Below, in pieces: positions 1 through 9,360 of a stretch of DNA of 64,000 bases. The stretch spans positions 6,456 to 70,455 of the forward strand of contig MKWR01000022.1 in assembly GCA_001899855.1 (NCBI GenBank), in the 5' to 3' direction. This DNA is from Lysobacterales bacterium 63-13. GTDB taxonomy: Bacteria > Pseudomonadota > Gammaproteobacteria > Xanthomonadales > Rhodanobacteraceae. A program made the translations under genes and the position numbers. Numbering within the stretch: the stretch's first letter is position 1; each line of letters opens with the position of its first letter. The notes below the pieces were generated by a model. That model was not told the origin of the DNA and did no database searches. It was given only the letters and a program-made list of their open reading frames with translations.

Positions 1-297
1 CTGCGCAAAGAGGGCGCGCAGGTTGTTGTCGACCACGGTCGGGATTGCATCGAGCCTGGTGATCGAGGTCTTCTTGGTCACCGTGATCAAGGGACCGTCA
101 ACTTCTTTCATGATGTGTTGCAGTTTTGGTCGGCTGTCATCCTGCGGGCGGCGCTCGTGGACTTCGACCTTCGGCAGTTCGGTGCGATCCTGGGCAGAAT
201 CGGAAGGGCCGGCAGCATCTTGCGCACAGGCAGGCCCAACCAGACACTGGGCAATCGCGATCGCGAACGTGCCCGTGACAATGGCTATGTTTTTCAT
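1..297 (-). CDS. TonB-dependent receptor-like outer-membrane protein, N-terminal part (runs off left edge)
   Basis: Manual translation from ATG 297: MKNIAIVTGTFAIAIAQCLVGPACAQDAAG...ELPKVEVHE...ITVTKKTSITRLDAIPTVVDNNLRALFAQ; signal peptide, TonB-box-like LPKVEV and start of a plug-like region. Confidence 0.6.
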   Translation of the reverse strand, partial: MKNIAIVTGTFAIAIAQCLVGPACAQDAAGPSDSAQDRTELPKVEVHERRPQDDSRPKLQHIMKEVDGPLITVTKKTSITRLDAIPTVVDNNLRALFAQ

Positions 298-555
298 TTG
301 TTTTTCCCCGGGGCGGATCATGGCGAATGCCGGCACCCGCTCTGGGCGCCGGTTCGATGCGCTTTATCGCAGCAGCGGGGCCGGGCCGACACCGCCTTGG
401 GAACTAGGTCTGCAGACTGAGCGACGGGGTCAGGCTGCCGCGGATGCAGCGGGTGACCGCGTTGGTTGCGCTGGCGTCGCGGCCAGCCAGCAATGGCGGC
501 CAATTCCTGCCGGCAACTGCCGGGGCCACGGGCAGCCCCGTCTCAAGGCCAATGA

Positions 556-568
556 AATCAACGACCTG
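556..568. promoter_or_regulatory. IHF-like site in long intergenic region
   Basis: AATCAACGACCTG versus consensus WATCAANNNNTTR (1 mismatch). Confidence 0.3.
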
Positions 569-792
569 GAGTCCGTGCATGGCCATTGCCGGGAGTCGCG
601 GTTAACGGCACCGCGTGAGCGGTCGCGCCAGCAGGCCGTGCCTTGGCGCGGATTTCACGGATAAAACGCGTCTCGATGTCGACAAGCAAGGCTGCAGGGA
701 TGGCAGCGGCAACGATCCAGCTCACCGGCCAGCACGGGAATCCCGAAACACCGGATCTCCGTGCCCTGTCGTAGCTGATCCGCCCAATTACC

Positions 793-1830
793 CTACTTGA
801 AGATCTCCTTGTTCTTCGCATAAGGAATGGCCTGCTGGCGCGTGACCAGGCCGCGCTTGACCAGATCCTGCAGGCATTGGTCGAGCGTCTGCATGCCGTG
901 CTGGGCGCCGGTCTGGATCGACGAATACATCTGCGCGACCTTGTCCTCGCGGATCAGGTTGCGGATGGCCGGGATGCCGACCATGATTTCGTGCGCGGCA
1001 ATGCGGCCACCGCCGACCTTCTTCAGCAGCGATTGCGAGATCACCGCGCGCAGCGATTCCGAGAGCATGGAACGCACCATCGGCTTTTCACCCGCCGGGA
1101 ACACGTCGATGACGCGGTCGATGGTTTTCGCCGCCGAGCTGGTGTGCAGGGTGGCAAACACCAGGTGGCCGGTTTCCGCCGCGGTCAACGCCAGGCGGAT
1201 GGTTTCCAGATCGCGCAACTCGCCGACCAGGATGTAGTCGGGATCCTCACGCAGCGCCGAGCGCAGTGCCTCGGTGAAGCCGTGCGTGTCGCGATGCACC
1301 TCGCGCTGGTTGATCAGGCACTTCTGCGAAGTGTGCACGAACTCGATCGGATCCTCGACGCTGAGGATGTGCGCGTACTCGTGCTTGTTGACGTGATCGA
1401 TCATCGCCGCCAGCGTCGTCGACTTGCCCGAGCCGGTGGGGCCGGTGACGAGGATCAATCCCTGCGGCTGCTCGATCAGCTCGCGGAAGATCTTCGGGCA
1501 GCCGAGGTCTTCCAGCGACAGTACTTCGGACGGAATCGTGCGGAACACGGCAGCCGAGCCGCGATTCTGGTTGAAGGCGTTGACGCGAAAGCGGGCCAGG
1601 CCCGGAATCTCGAAGGAGAAGTCGACCTCGAGGAACTCTTCGTAATCGCGGCGCTGCTTGTCCGACATGATGTCGTAGATCAGCGAATGGATCTGCTTGT
1701 GCTCGAGCGCGGGGATATTGATGCGGCGCACATCGCCGTCGACGCGGATCATCGGCGGCAGGCCGGCGGACAGGTGCAGGTCGGAGGCCTTGTTCTTGAC
1801 CGAAAACGCGAGCAGCTCGGCGATATCCAT
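793..1830 (-). CDS. pilT: Type IV pilus retraction ATPase PilT
   Basis: MDIAELLAFSVKNKASDLHLSAGLPP, Walker A GPTGSGKST, LREDPD, AIRNLIRE motif; 345 aa from ATG 1830. Confidence 0.97.
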   Translation of the reverse strand: MDIAELLAFSVKNKASDLHLSAGLPPMIRVDGDVRRINIPALEHKQIHSLIYDIMSDKQRRDYEEFLEVDFSFEIPGLARFRVNAFNQNRGSAAVFRTIPSEVLSLEDLGCPKIFRELIEQPQGLILVTGPTGSGKSTTLAAMIDHVNKHEYAHILSVEDPIEFVHTSQKCLINQREVHRDTHGFTEALRSALREDPDYILVGELRDLETIRLALTAAETGHLVFATLHTSSAAKTIDRVIDVFPAGEKPMVRSMLSESLRAVISQSLLKKVGGGRIAAHEIMVGIPAIRNLIREDKVAQMYSSIQTGAQHGMQTLDQCLQDLVKRGLVTRQQAIPYAKNKEIFK

Positions 1831-2076
1831 GTGTACTCCCCAAATGGCGCGTTTGCGCGCGTGGCTGCGGTACGGCTGAGTATAGCGTGGCCGATTCAAG
1901 GCATTGCAAGGAGCCGCGCTGGAACAAGCTGGCGGCTGGCACCAGTGCTGCGTCAGCGCCGCATGCGGCGGCTTGCCGGTGAATGCCGTCCCGGCCCGGC
2001 GTCGCCAGCGCGTGCCGGCTCCCGACTCCGGCATCCCTTGCTATGCTTGCCGATCGAATTCCCGGCCAGATCGAAG

Positions 2077-2919
2077 ATGTCTTCCAGCCCCCACGCCCCG
2101 CTTCCCGATGCGCTTGCCTTTGTCGGCGGCGGCAACATGGCGCGCAGCCTGATTGGTGCGCTGGTCAACGGCGGCATGCCGGGCAGTCGCATCGCGGTTG
2201 CGGAACCCAACGAGGCCCTGCGCCGGCAGTTGGTGGATGATTTTGGCGTCAATGCATTCGCCGAGGGCGTCGATGCCGTGCGCATGGCCGACATTGTCCT
2301 CCTTGCGGTGAAGCCGCAGGTGATGCGCACCGTGTGTGTCGGTCTTGCCGGCGTGCTGGCCGCGCGGCGGCCGTTGATCATTTCCATCGCCGCCGGCTTG
2401 CGCATTGCGCAAATCGACCGCTGGCTCGGTGGCGGATTCCCGATCGTGCGCTGCATGCCGAACACGCCGGCCCTGATTGGTGCCGGCGCGACGGGCATGA
2501 TCGCCAATGGCAAGGTCGATGCGGTCGCGCGTGCGCAGGCGCAGGCAATCCTCGGCAGCAGCGGGCTCAGCGTCTGGATCGAGCGCGAGGAACTGATGGA
2601 TGCGGTTACCGGCGTGTCCGGCTCCGGACCGGCTTATTTCTTCCTGCTCATCGAGGCGCTGGAAGACGCCGGTGTTGCCCAGGGCCTGCCCCGCGGGACC
2701 GCACGCGCCCTGGCCATCCAGACCTGCCTGGGCGCGGCGCGCATGGCCAGCGAGGATGGCGAACCGCCGGCACGCCTGCGCGAACGCGTGACCTCGCCGA
2801 ACGGCACGACGGCAGCGGCGCTGGATGCATTCGCCAAGGGCGGCCTGCGAGAACTGGTCGCCCGCGCCGTCGATGCAGCCACCGCGCGCGGCGCGGAAAT
2901 GTCGCGCGAACTCGACTGA
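2077..2919 (+). CDS. proC: Pyrroline-5-carboxylate reductase
   Basis: FVGGGNMA, AVKPQ, RCMPNTPAL, SGSGPAY, VTSPNGTT motifs; start at ATG 2077 rather than ORF-track 877. Confidence 0.97.
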   Translation: MSSSPHAPLPDALAFVGGGNMARSLIGALVNGGMPGSRIAVAEPNEALRRQLVDDFGVNAFAEGVDAVRMADIVLLAVKPQVMRTVCVGLAGVLAARRPLIISIAAGLRIAQIDRWLGGGFPIVRCMPNTPALIGAGATGMIANGKVDAVARAQAQAILGSSGLSVWIEREELMDAVTGVSGSGPAYFFLLIEALEDAGVAQGLPRGTARALAIQTCLGAARMASEDGEPPARLRERVTSPNGTTAAALDAFAKGGLRELVARAVDAATARGAEMSRELD

Positions 2920-2930
2920 GGAAGCCGGCC

Positions 2931-3509
2931 ATGCCCTATCTCGCCAATGCCGCGCAGATCCTGATCGAGTTCATCTTCGGCATCCTCGTTGGCCTGGTCG
3001 TCCTGCGCATCCTGCTGCAACTGGTACGCGCCAATTTCCACAATCCGATTTGCCAGTTCCTGTACAAGGCGAGCAATCCGCTGTTGATGCCGCTACGCAG
3101 GATCATCCCCGCCTGGCGTCGCCTGGATATTGCCGCAGTCGTGCTGGCCTGGGCCCTGCTCTTGCTCAAGCGCGTGCTGATCTTCGCCATGCTTGCCAGC
3201 GTGCCGTCGTTTGGCGGACTGGTGCTGATCGCCCTGGCCGACCTCATCGGCTTCACCCTGATGGTGATGCTGATCCTGATCTTCGTCCGCGTGATCCTGA
3301 GTTTTGTCGGCAGCGACAGCTACCACCCCGTCGTGCCGCTGGTGTTCCAGTTGACCGAGCCGGTGCTCAAGCCGGTACGCAAGCGCCTGCCGGTGCTTGG
3401 CGGATTCGACCTGTCGCCGATGATCGTCGTGCTGGGGATCTTCCTGTTGCAGGCGCTCGTCGTCGCGCCCTTGCTCGATCTTGGCCTGCGCCTGGGCAGC
3501 GGCCCTTGA
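2931..3509 (+). CDS. yggT: YggT family membrane protein
   Basis: Two YGGT repeats (NPICQFLYKASNPLLMPLRR; LTEPVLKPVRKRLP..GGFDLSP), follows proC. Confidence 0.9.
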   Translation: MPYLANAAQILIEFIFGILVGLVVLRILLQLVRANFHNPICQFLYKASNPLLMPLRRIIPAWRRLDIAAVVLAWALLLLKRVLIFAMLASVPSFGGLVLIALADLIGFTLMVMLILIFVRVILSFVGSDSYHPVVPLVFQLTEPVLKPVRKRLPVLGGFDLSPMIVVLGIFLLQALVVAPLLDLGLRLGSGP

Positions 3510-3563
3510 TCCGCTGCCACGTCATCCCGACCATCGCATCATCATTCCCGCACGAGGCCCGTC

Positions 3564-4007
3564 ATGAACACCCTGCTTCGCAATCTGCTCGGCCTGCCCC
3601 TGATCGCCAGCGCCAGTGCCGCCGCCGATTCCAGCGGCACCGAAACCTTTGGTGATTACCTCGTCCACTACAGTGCCTTGTCCACGCAACTGCTCAATGC
3701 GGAAATGGCGCGGCAGTATGCGATCGAGCGTTCGCCCAAGCGCGGATTGCTGAACATCTCCGTGCAGCAGGTCGCCGCCGACAAGACCGCCACCGCGGTG
3801 GCGGCAAGCATCACTGGCGAGGCCAGCAACCTGACCGGGCAAAAGACCGCGATCACGATCCGCGAGATTCCCGATCTCTATGTCTCCTACATCGGCCTGT
3901 TCGATGTGGTTGCGCCCGACACCTACACCTTCACCCTCACGATCAAGCCTGAAGGTTCCAAGCAGAGCTTCAAGCTGCGCTTCAGCAAGAACTTCGTCGC
4001 CGAATGA
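3564..4007 (+). CDS. DUF4426-like secreted protein
   Basis: Signal peptide; FGDYLVHYSALSTQLL..A..Y.I.RS pattern; usual position after yggT. Confidence 0.75.
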   Translation: MNTLLRNLLGLPLIASASAAADSSGTETFGDYLVHYSALSTQLLNAEMARQYAIERSPKRGLLNISVQQVAADKTATAVAASITGEASNLTGQKTAITIREIPDLYVSYIGLFDVVAPDTYTFTLTIKPEGSKQSFKLRFSKNFVAE

Positions 4008-4036
4008 GTCCGCGTCGCCCTCTCTGCAGGTGAGTG

Positions 4037-4858
4037 TCAGCCCCGGCCACACTGGCCGGCGTTGGCGACATCGGCAATGCGCCGATGCAGGGCGTCGAGA
4101 CCGTCGAACAAGGCCGCCGGCCCGGGTTGCAGGATGATCGGCGCCTTGATTTCGTACAGATGTCCGTTGCGCACCGCCGGCATGTCCTGCCAGCCCGGCC
4201 GCGCGGCCATCGCTTGCGGGCGGAATTTCTTGCCGCACCACGAAGCGAGGATCAGATCCGGCTGCCGGCGCACGATTTCGCCGGGATCGGCAATGATGCG
4301 ATCGCGCGCCAGGGATTTCTCCGCCAGTTCCGGAAACACGTCATCGCCGCCGGCAATGCGGATCAACTCGGCGACCCAGCGGATGCCGCTGATTGGCGGT
4401 TCGTCCCATTCCTCGAAGTAGACGCGCGGCCGGCACGGCAAGGCGGCAGCGGCTTGCCGGACTACGGCGACATGCTCTTCGGCCGCCACTGCGTAGCGTT
4501 CGGCTTTCGCGCCAGCACCGACCATGGCACCGAGGCGACGGACATAGGCGAGGATGCCGTCGACCGAGCGATGATTGCTGATCCAGACCTCGATCCCGGC
4601 ACGGATCAGGTCCCGCGCGATGTCGGCCTGGATATCGGAGAAGCCGATGACCAGATCGGGTTCGAGATCGAGGATCGCGCCGATCTTCGCGCTGGTGAAT
4701 GCAGAGACTTTCGGCTTCTCCTTGCGTGCGCGCGGCGGGCGCACGGTGAAACCGGAGATGCCGACAATGCGCTGTTCCTCGCCCAGCGCGTAGAGAACCT
4801 CGGTCGGCTCCTCGGTCAGACAGACGATGCGCTGCGCAAACGGATCCAGCTTCGCCAT
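4037..4858 (-). CDS. Cobalamin/iron-siderophore-type periplasmic binding protein (BtuF-like)
   Basis: RIVCLTEEPTEVLYALG, ILDLEPDLVIGFSDIQ, RVYFEEWDEP; start ATG 4858. Confidence 0.85.
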   Translation of the reverse strand: MAKLDPFAQRIVCLTEEPTEVLYALGEEQRIVGISGFTVRPPRARKEKPKVSAFTSAKIGAILDLEPDLVIGFSDIQADIARDLIRAGIEVWISNHRSVDGILAYVRRLGAMVGAGAKAERYAVAAEEHVAVVRQAAAALPCRPRVYFEEWDEPPISGIRWVAELIRIAGGDDVFPELAEKSLARDRIIADPGEIVRRQPDLILASWCGKKFRPQAMAARPGWQDMPAVRNGHLYEIKAPIILQPGPAALFDGLDALHRRIADVANAGQCGRG

Positions 4859-5472
4859 CAGGGATAGAGCAGCCGCCGGCTCCAGACACCCGCGCGCGCT
4901 TCGTAACGATGACGGTCGTGCAGGCGGAAACTGGCTCCGTACCAGAACTCGAAAAGGTCGGGGCGCAGGCGATAACCGCCCCAATGTGGCGGCCGCGGCA
5001 CTTCGCCGCCGGCAAAGCGCTGCTCGAACTCGGCGACGCGTGCGTCGAACACTTCGCGCCCGGGCAGTTCCTGCGATTGCAGCGAGGCCCAGGCACCAAT
5101 CTGGCTCAGCCGCGGGCGCGTGGCGAAATACGCGTCGGAAACCCCCGCATCGAGCTTCTCGACACTGCCTTCGACGCGCACCTGGACCTGCTCTCGCAGG
5201 GTTTTCCAGTGGAAGGAAACAGCCGCCTGAGCGTGCGCGGCCAACTGGCCGGCCTTGGCACTTTCGTAATTGCTGAAGAACTGCAGGCCGTCGTCATCGA
5301 GGTGCTTGAGCAGGACGATGCGCGAGGACACGCGACCATCACCGGCAACCGTGGCAAGGTTCATCGCCGTCGGTTCCGGATCCGCGGCGGCGTGCGCTTC
5401 GGCGAGCAATCCGCGCAGGGTTTGGATCGCTTCCAGATAGAGCGGGCTGTATTCGGCGGGGCTGGTATGCAT
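4858..5472 (-). CDS. pdxH: Pyridoxine/pyridoxamine 5'-phosphate oxidase
   Basis: EPTAMNLAT, RIVLLK, YFATRPRLSQIGAWAS.QS, PPHWGGYRL, EFW, RLHDR, RLLYP. Confidence 0.96.
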   Translation of the reverse strand: MHTSPAEYSPLYLEAIQTLRGLLAEAHAAADPEPTAMNLATVAGDGRVSSRIVLLKHLDDDGLQFFSNYESAKAGQLAAHAQAAVSFHWKTLREQVQVRVEGSVEKLDAGVSDAYFATRPRLSQIGAWASLQSQELPGREVFDARVAEFEQRFAGGEVPRPPHWGGYRLRPDLFEFWYGASFRLHDRHRYEARAGVWSRRLLYP

Positions 5473-5515
5473 GCGCCGATGCTAGCACGCGGCCTGGCTT
5501 GCGCAGTGCGAGGGC

Positions 5516-7078
5516 TCAGGGTCGCGGCGTCGCAGCCTGCATTGCCCGCGCCAGCACCTCGATGTTGATCGGCTTGGTCAGGTACTGGTCGGCACCGGCA
5601 TTCAGGGCAACCCGGCGCGCCTCCTCGGTCGGCGTCGCCGACAAGGTGACGATATGCCCGCGATAGCCCTTGGCGCGCAAGCGAAACACCGCCGTGTTGC
5701 CCGACAAACCGGGCAACTCGACATCGACAAGGAGCACGTCCGGCGGGTCGGCGAGCGCGCTTTCCACGGCAGCGCCGGCATCGCCGACGATGCGCACGCG
5801 GAAGCCGAGATCGCTCAGCCAGGTATCGAGCAGGTAGCAGATGTCGGGATCATCATCGACCACCAGCACGCTGCGGATGCGCGACGATTCAAGGGCGGGG
5901 GTCTCCTCCGTGCCCCCCTGCGGCGCAGCGACAACGCTGGCGAGACTGGGCAGGACGATGTGGAAGCACGAGCCTTCGCCGAGGCGGGACTGCAGTTCGA
6001 TGCTGCCGTGCATTTGCGTGACCAGGCGCTTGACGATGCTCAAGCCCAGCCCGGCACCGCTGCCGGCAGCCTGGCGAACGCGATTGAAGGCGACGAAAAC
6101 CTGCTCGTGCAATTCCTCGGCGATGCCGATGCCGCTGTCGCGCACCTCGATCGACAACGCCCCGTCCTGCCAGCGCAGCGCCACGCCGACGCCGCCCTTC
6201 TTCGTGTAGCGCACCGCGTTGGCGATGAGGTTGACCAGGATCTGGCGCAAGCGCAGTTCGTCGAGGACCGGTGTTTTCGCATCGAGCAACTCGACGCCGA
6301 TCGTGAACTCCAGCCCCTGATCCGCGGCCAGTGGCTGGAACATGCCTTCGAGATCCTCGACCAGGTACTCCAGATCCACGCGCACCGGTTCGAGCATGCT
6401 CGAGCGGGTGTCCGCACGCGCATATTCGAGCAGGTTTTCGGCCAGGGTGAACAGATAATTTGAATTGCGCCGAAGCGCGCGCAAGGCATGGCGGACGGAA
6501 GCGGATTGGGGCGCTTGCGTATCGAGCAGGTGCAGGTAGCCGAAGATCGATGTCAGCGGCGTGCGGAAATCGTGGCTCAAGGTGGCTATCAAGGCATTCT
6601 TCAACGCATTCGCCTCGGCGAGCCGCATGCGCTGGCGCTCGAGTTCGCTGCGGATCTGGCGCAATTGCGCGATCGCCTTGCTCTTCTGCCCGCTGATCAA
6701 GGCGGCTTCGTTGCCGACCTGCTGCTGGGCCTGCTGGCGATCGTGCTCGCCCTGCGCATCCAGCAGCAGCACCTGGAATCCCGGCTCGCTGCCTCCGAGC
6801 AGATGCACATGCGCACTGCGCCCGTTCGGCATGTGCACGAAGGGAAGATCGATCGTCGCATCCAGCGGCATGCCAAGGAACAAGTCGCGCAACTGGTGCG
6901 CGGCGGCATCGGCGTTGTCGGGATCAAAGCCGAAGCGTGCCGGATCACCGTGCAGGTTGACCAGTTGCCAGTTTTCATCGAACTGCAGCAAAAGCGGCTG
7001 CGCGCGCTCGAACAGGAACTGCGCGACGTGGTGCTCGACGCCGGCGGAAAAGGTCGGCATTTCGTGTCTTTCGCTCAT
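5516..7078 (-). CDS. Cytoplasmic hybrid histidine kinase (PAS-like N-terminus, HisKA, HATPase, receiver)
   Basis: H-box SHDFRTPLTSI, N-box LRQILVNLIANAVRYT, DSGIGI, GAGLGLSIV, C-terminal VLVVDDD...DVELPG; ATG 7078 overlaps the stop of the GTPase gene (ATGA). Confidence 0.9.
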   Translation of the reverse strand: MSERHEMPTFSAGVEHHVAQFLFERAQPLLLQFDENWQLVNLHGDPARFGFDPDNADAAAHQLRDLFLGMPLDATIDLPFVHMPNGRSAHVHLLGGSEPGFQVLLLDAQGEHDRQQAQQQVGNEAALISGQKSKAIAQLRQIRSELERQRMRLAEANALKNALIATLSHDFRTPLTSIFGYLHLLDTQAPQSASVRHALRALRRNSNYLFTLAENLLEYARADTRSSMLEPVRVDLEYLVEDLEGMFQPLAADQGLEFTIGVELLDAKTPVLDELRLRQILVNLIANAVRYTKKGGVGVALRWQDGALSIEVRDSGIGIAEELHEQVFVAFNRVRQAAGSGAGLGLSIVKRLVTQMHGSIELQSRLGEGSCFHIVLPSLASVVAAPQGGTEETPALESSRIRSVLVVDDDPDICYLLDTWLSDLGFRVRIVGDAGAAVESALADPPDVLLVDVELPGLSGNTAVFRLRAKGYRGHIVTLSATPTEEARRVALNAGADQYLTKPINIEVLARAMQAATPRP

Positions 7079-7575
7079 CTGGCCAGCCTTTTCGCAAGCT
7101 CCAGAAAGGCCTGCTCGACACCGTCCCCGGACAGCGCGCTGGTTTCGATCACCGGCATGGTCTGGCGCAATCCGGCCAGCGTTGATGGCCCGACTTCCCA
7201 GCGTTCCACCAGATCGAGCTTGTTGACGATGAGCACCGCCTCGGCATCTTCCAACACGCTGCGCGATTGCAGCAACAGGTCGATTGCCGTGCGCAGGCTG
7301 GCCTCGCGCGTGCCGTCGGCAACCAGCAGCAGGCCGCTGGCACCGCGCAGATAACTCATGTTGAGCGCATCGAGCACGCTGCGCCCGGCGATATCCCAGA
7401 CCACCAGTTTGAGCATGCCAAGCTCGCCGAGATCGACTTCCTTGCTGTCGACCTTGACCCCGACCGTGGTCAGGTAGGTGTCGGAAAACGTATTGCGCAT
7501 GTAGCGTGCGACCAGGCTGGTCTTGCCGACGCCAAAGTCGCCGAGCATGCAGATCTTGCGTGCCGGCGCGGTCAT
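7075..7575 (-). CDS. Rab-like Ras-superfamily small GTPase (Rup-type)
   Basis: G1 GDFGVGKT, G2 TTVGV, G3 WDIAG, Rab-like YLRGASG, G4 NKLD, G5 TSAL; 166 aa. Confidence 0.92.
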   Translation of the reverse strand: MTAPARKICMLGDFGVGKTSLVARYMRNTFSDTYLTTVGVKVDSKEVDLGELGMLKLVVWDIAGRSVLDALNMSYLRGASGLLLVADGTREASLRTAIDLLLQSRSVLEDAEAVLIVNKLDLVERWEVGPSTLAGLRQTMPVIETSALSGDGVEQAFLELAKRLAR

Positions 7576-9338
7576 CGGGTGACCTCCACGACCTGTACGC
7601 GCAGCATTGCCGCGCGGATCGCGGCGGTTGCATCGGCGGCAGTGACCAGCGTGGCCGCATCGAGCAGCTCGCTGGCGACTCCGGCGTTGCGCAGATTCTC
7701 GCGCAGCCAGCCTGCGCGTTCCTCGCGCAAGCGTGCATTGAGCTCCGCCGCGCCCGTCGCATCACTGCAGCCGTGGATGGCCAGGTGCACGCGTACACCC
7801 GCCACAGCCGCCAATGACTGCGCCTCGCGCAGCGACGTGGCCAGTTGCCGGAGCAGGTCGCCGCTGGCAGCCAGGGGCACGGTGTCGTGGCTGAAGTGCA
7901 AGCTTGCCTGCTCGATTTCCGCGACCAGCGCATGCAACGCGTCCCTTGCCGCTGCCTGTGCGTCGACGGGATCGCTCGCTGGCCGGGCGGCCGGCATGAT
8001 CTTAGGTGAGTCGGCAGTCGCCCGCACCTGCCAATCGACCGCCCGCACGCCGGCAATCCAGGCCGCCTGCGTGCGCCGTCGATCGATCCATTCACCTGCG
8101 GCCTCGCCGCTGACGACGAGCACGCCATCGGCAACACCCAGGGATACGCTCGCCGGCGCATCGAGCAGACGTCGCGCGCGCTTGAGCACGATGGCATTGT
8201 CACTGGAAAGATAGCCGGCAACCTCGACGCTGGGCTGCACTTCGCCCAGATCAGCCCGATCGAGCAGCGGCTGCAAGGGCTCGGCATCGGCATCGAGCAA
8301 GCCGTGCACGCGCAATTGACGCCATGGCCTGGCATCAATCGCGGTGAGCAGGAATCCGGGATGTGCGCGCAGGCCCGCTTGCAGCGCCTCGACGCGCTCA
8401 TTCCAGCGCGCGATGTGCAGGAAATACCAGCCCAGCGCCAGCGCGATCGCCAGTCCGATGAGCAGCAGCGGCCACAGTGAGGGACGCTTGCGCGGACCCG
8501 CATCGGCGTCGCCCAAGGCAGAGCTGGCTGCCACCAGGGCAGCCGGTTCGAGATTGGCGGAAAGGCCCAGGCGCGCGATGCTTTCATCATCCAGCGTGTC
8601 CTCGCCTGCATCGGGGAATTGCGCATGGATCTGCTCAAGGCGATCACTCAGGACCACACGCAGGGATGCCGGCGGCACGCCGCGGATGAAACAGGCCAGC
8701 GAGGCGCGAGGGCCATCGAGCACCCACAAGAGGTGTTCGCCGATGCGCACGGCCTCCAGCGACTCGGCACCTTCGCCGCCGACCGAATCGCGCACGAACT
8801 GGGCAATCGCGGTGAGCATGCCAGCAATCGCGTCGGCATCCAGATCAGGCAGGCCGGGCGAGGATTCGCGATGCAGGAGCAGTCCCGAATCGCGTTCGAT
8901 GAGGAACACGTGATCGATCTGGTAGCGAAGGCTGTGCTTGAGGACGATCTGCGCAAACGGCACGCCGCTGCGCCAGGCCTCGATGCGCCAACGCATGCCG
9001 CGCCGGCTGAAGCCGTGTTCAAGCACCTGGTTGAGATCGCGCATCATGCCGCGCAACGCTTCGGCAATCGCCTTGCGGATGATCGGGCCGATCACCGGGA
9101 ACAAGGCATCGACAATGCTGGCGCGATTCCTTTGCACGGCATTGCCGAGTGCCGCGGCCACCGGCGATGCCAGCGCGCGACTCATCGGCTCGGCCGGGGC
9201 AGCCCTGACCAGGCCCGGCAACTGCGCGGCCAGCTCGCGGTTGACACGTTCGAGTTCGACGATGCGCTGTTCGGCCGTGGCAAGCTTGTCGCGCTCGTCG
9301 GCGAGCAGCAGGTGCCGGAGTCGGTCGAAGTCGCTCAT
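7572..9338 (-). CDS. Membrane-anchored protein: coiled coil, longin/roadblock-like cytoplasmic domain, TM helix, BON-like region, OmpA-like C-terminus
   Basis: VFLIERDSGLLL...DAIAGMLTAIAQFVRDS pattern; TM LWPLLLIGLAIALALGWYFL; C-terminal IHGCSDATGAAELNARLREERA resembles OmpA GHTD..G...N..LS..RA. Confidence 0.72.
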   Translation of the reverse strand: MSDFDRLRHLLLADERDKLATAEQRIVELERVNRELAAQLPGLVRAAPAEPMSRALASPVAAALGNAVQRNRASIVDALFPVIGPIIRKAIAEALRGMMRDLNQVLEHGFSRRGMRWRIEAWRSGVPFAQIVLKHSLRYQIDHVFLIERDSGLLLHRESSPGLPDLDADAIAGMLTAIAQFVRDSVGGEGAESLEAVRIGEHLLWVLDGPRASLACFIRGVPPASLRVVLSDRLEQIHAQFPDAGEDTLDDESIARLGLSANLEPAALVAASSALGDADAGPRKRPSLWPLLLIGLAIALALGWYFLHIARWNERVEALQAGLRAHPGFLLTAIDARPWRQLRVHGLLDADAEPLQPLLDRADLGEVQPSVEVAGYLSSDNAIVLKRARRLLDAPASVSLGVADGVLVVSGEAAGEWIDRRRTQAAWIAGVRAVDWQVRATADSPKIMPAARPASDPVDAQAAARDALHALVAEIEQASLHFSHDTVPLAASGDLLRQLATSLREAQSLAAVAGVRVHLAIHGCSDATGAAELNARLREERAGWLRENLRNAGVASELLDAATLVTAADATAAIRAAMLRVQVVEVTR

Positions 9339-9360
9339 GCCGAAGTGGCGCTGACGAAGA

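Noticed and set aside
298-792. Cobalamin riboswitch ahead of the TonB receptor, suggested by the nearby BtuF-like gene
   Set aside because: Conserved B12-box and core motifs not recognisable on the minus strand.
877-2076. 400-aa N-terminal extension of proC
   Set aside because: Antisense shadow of pilT; ProC motifs begin right after ATG 2077.
5516-8647. 1043-aa ORF spanning kinase, GTPase and part of the OmpA-like gene
   Set aside because: Only the part from ATG 7078 has kinase motifs; the upstream extension is an off-frame read of two real genes in high-GC DNA.
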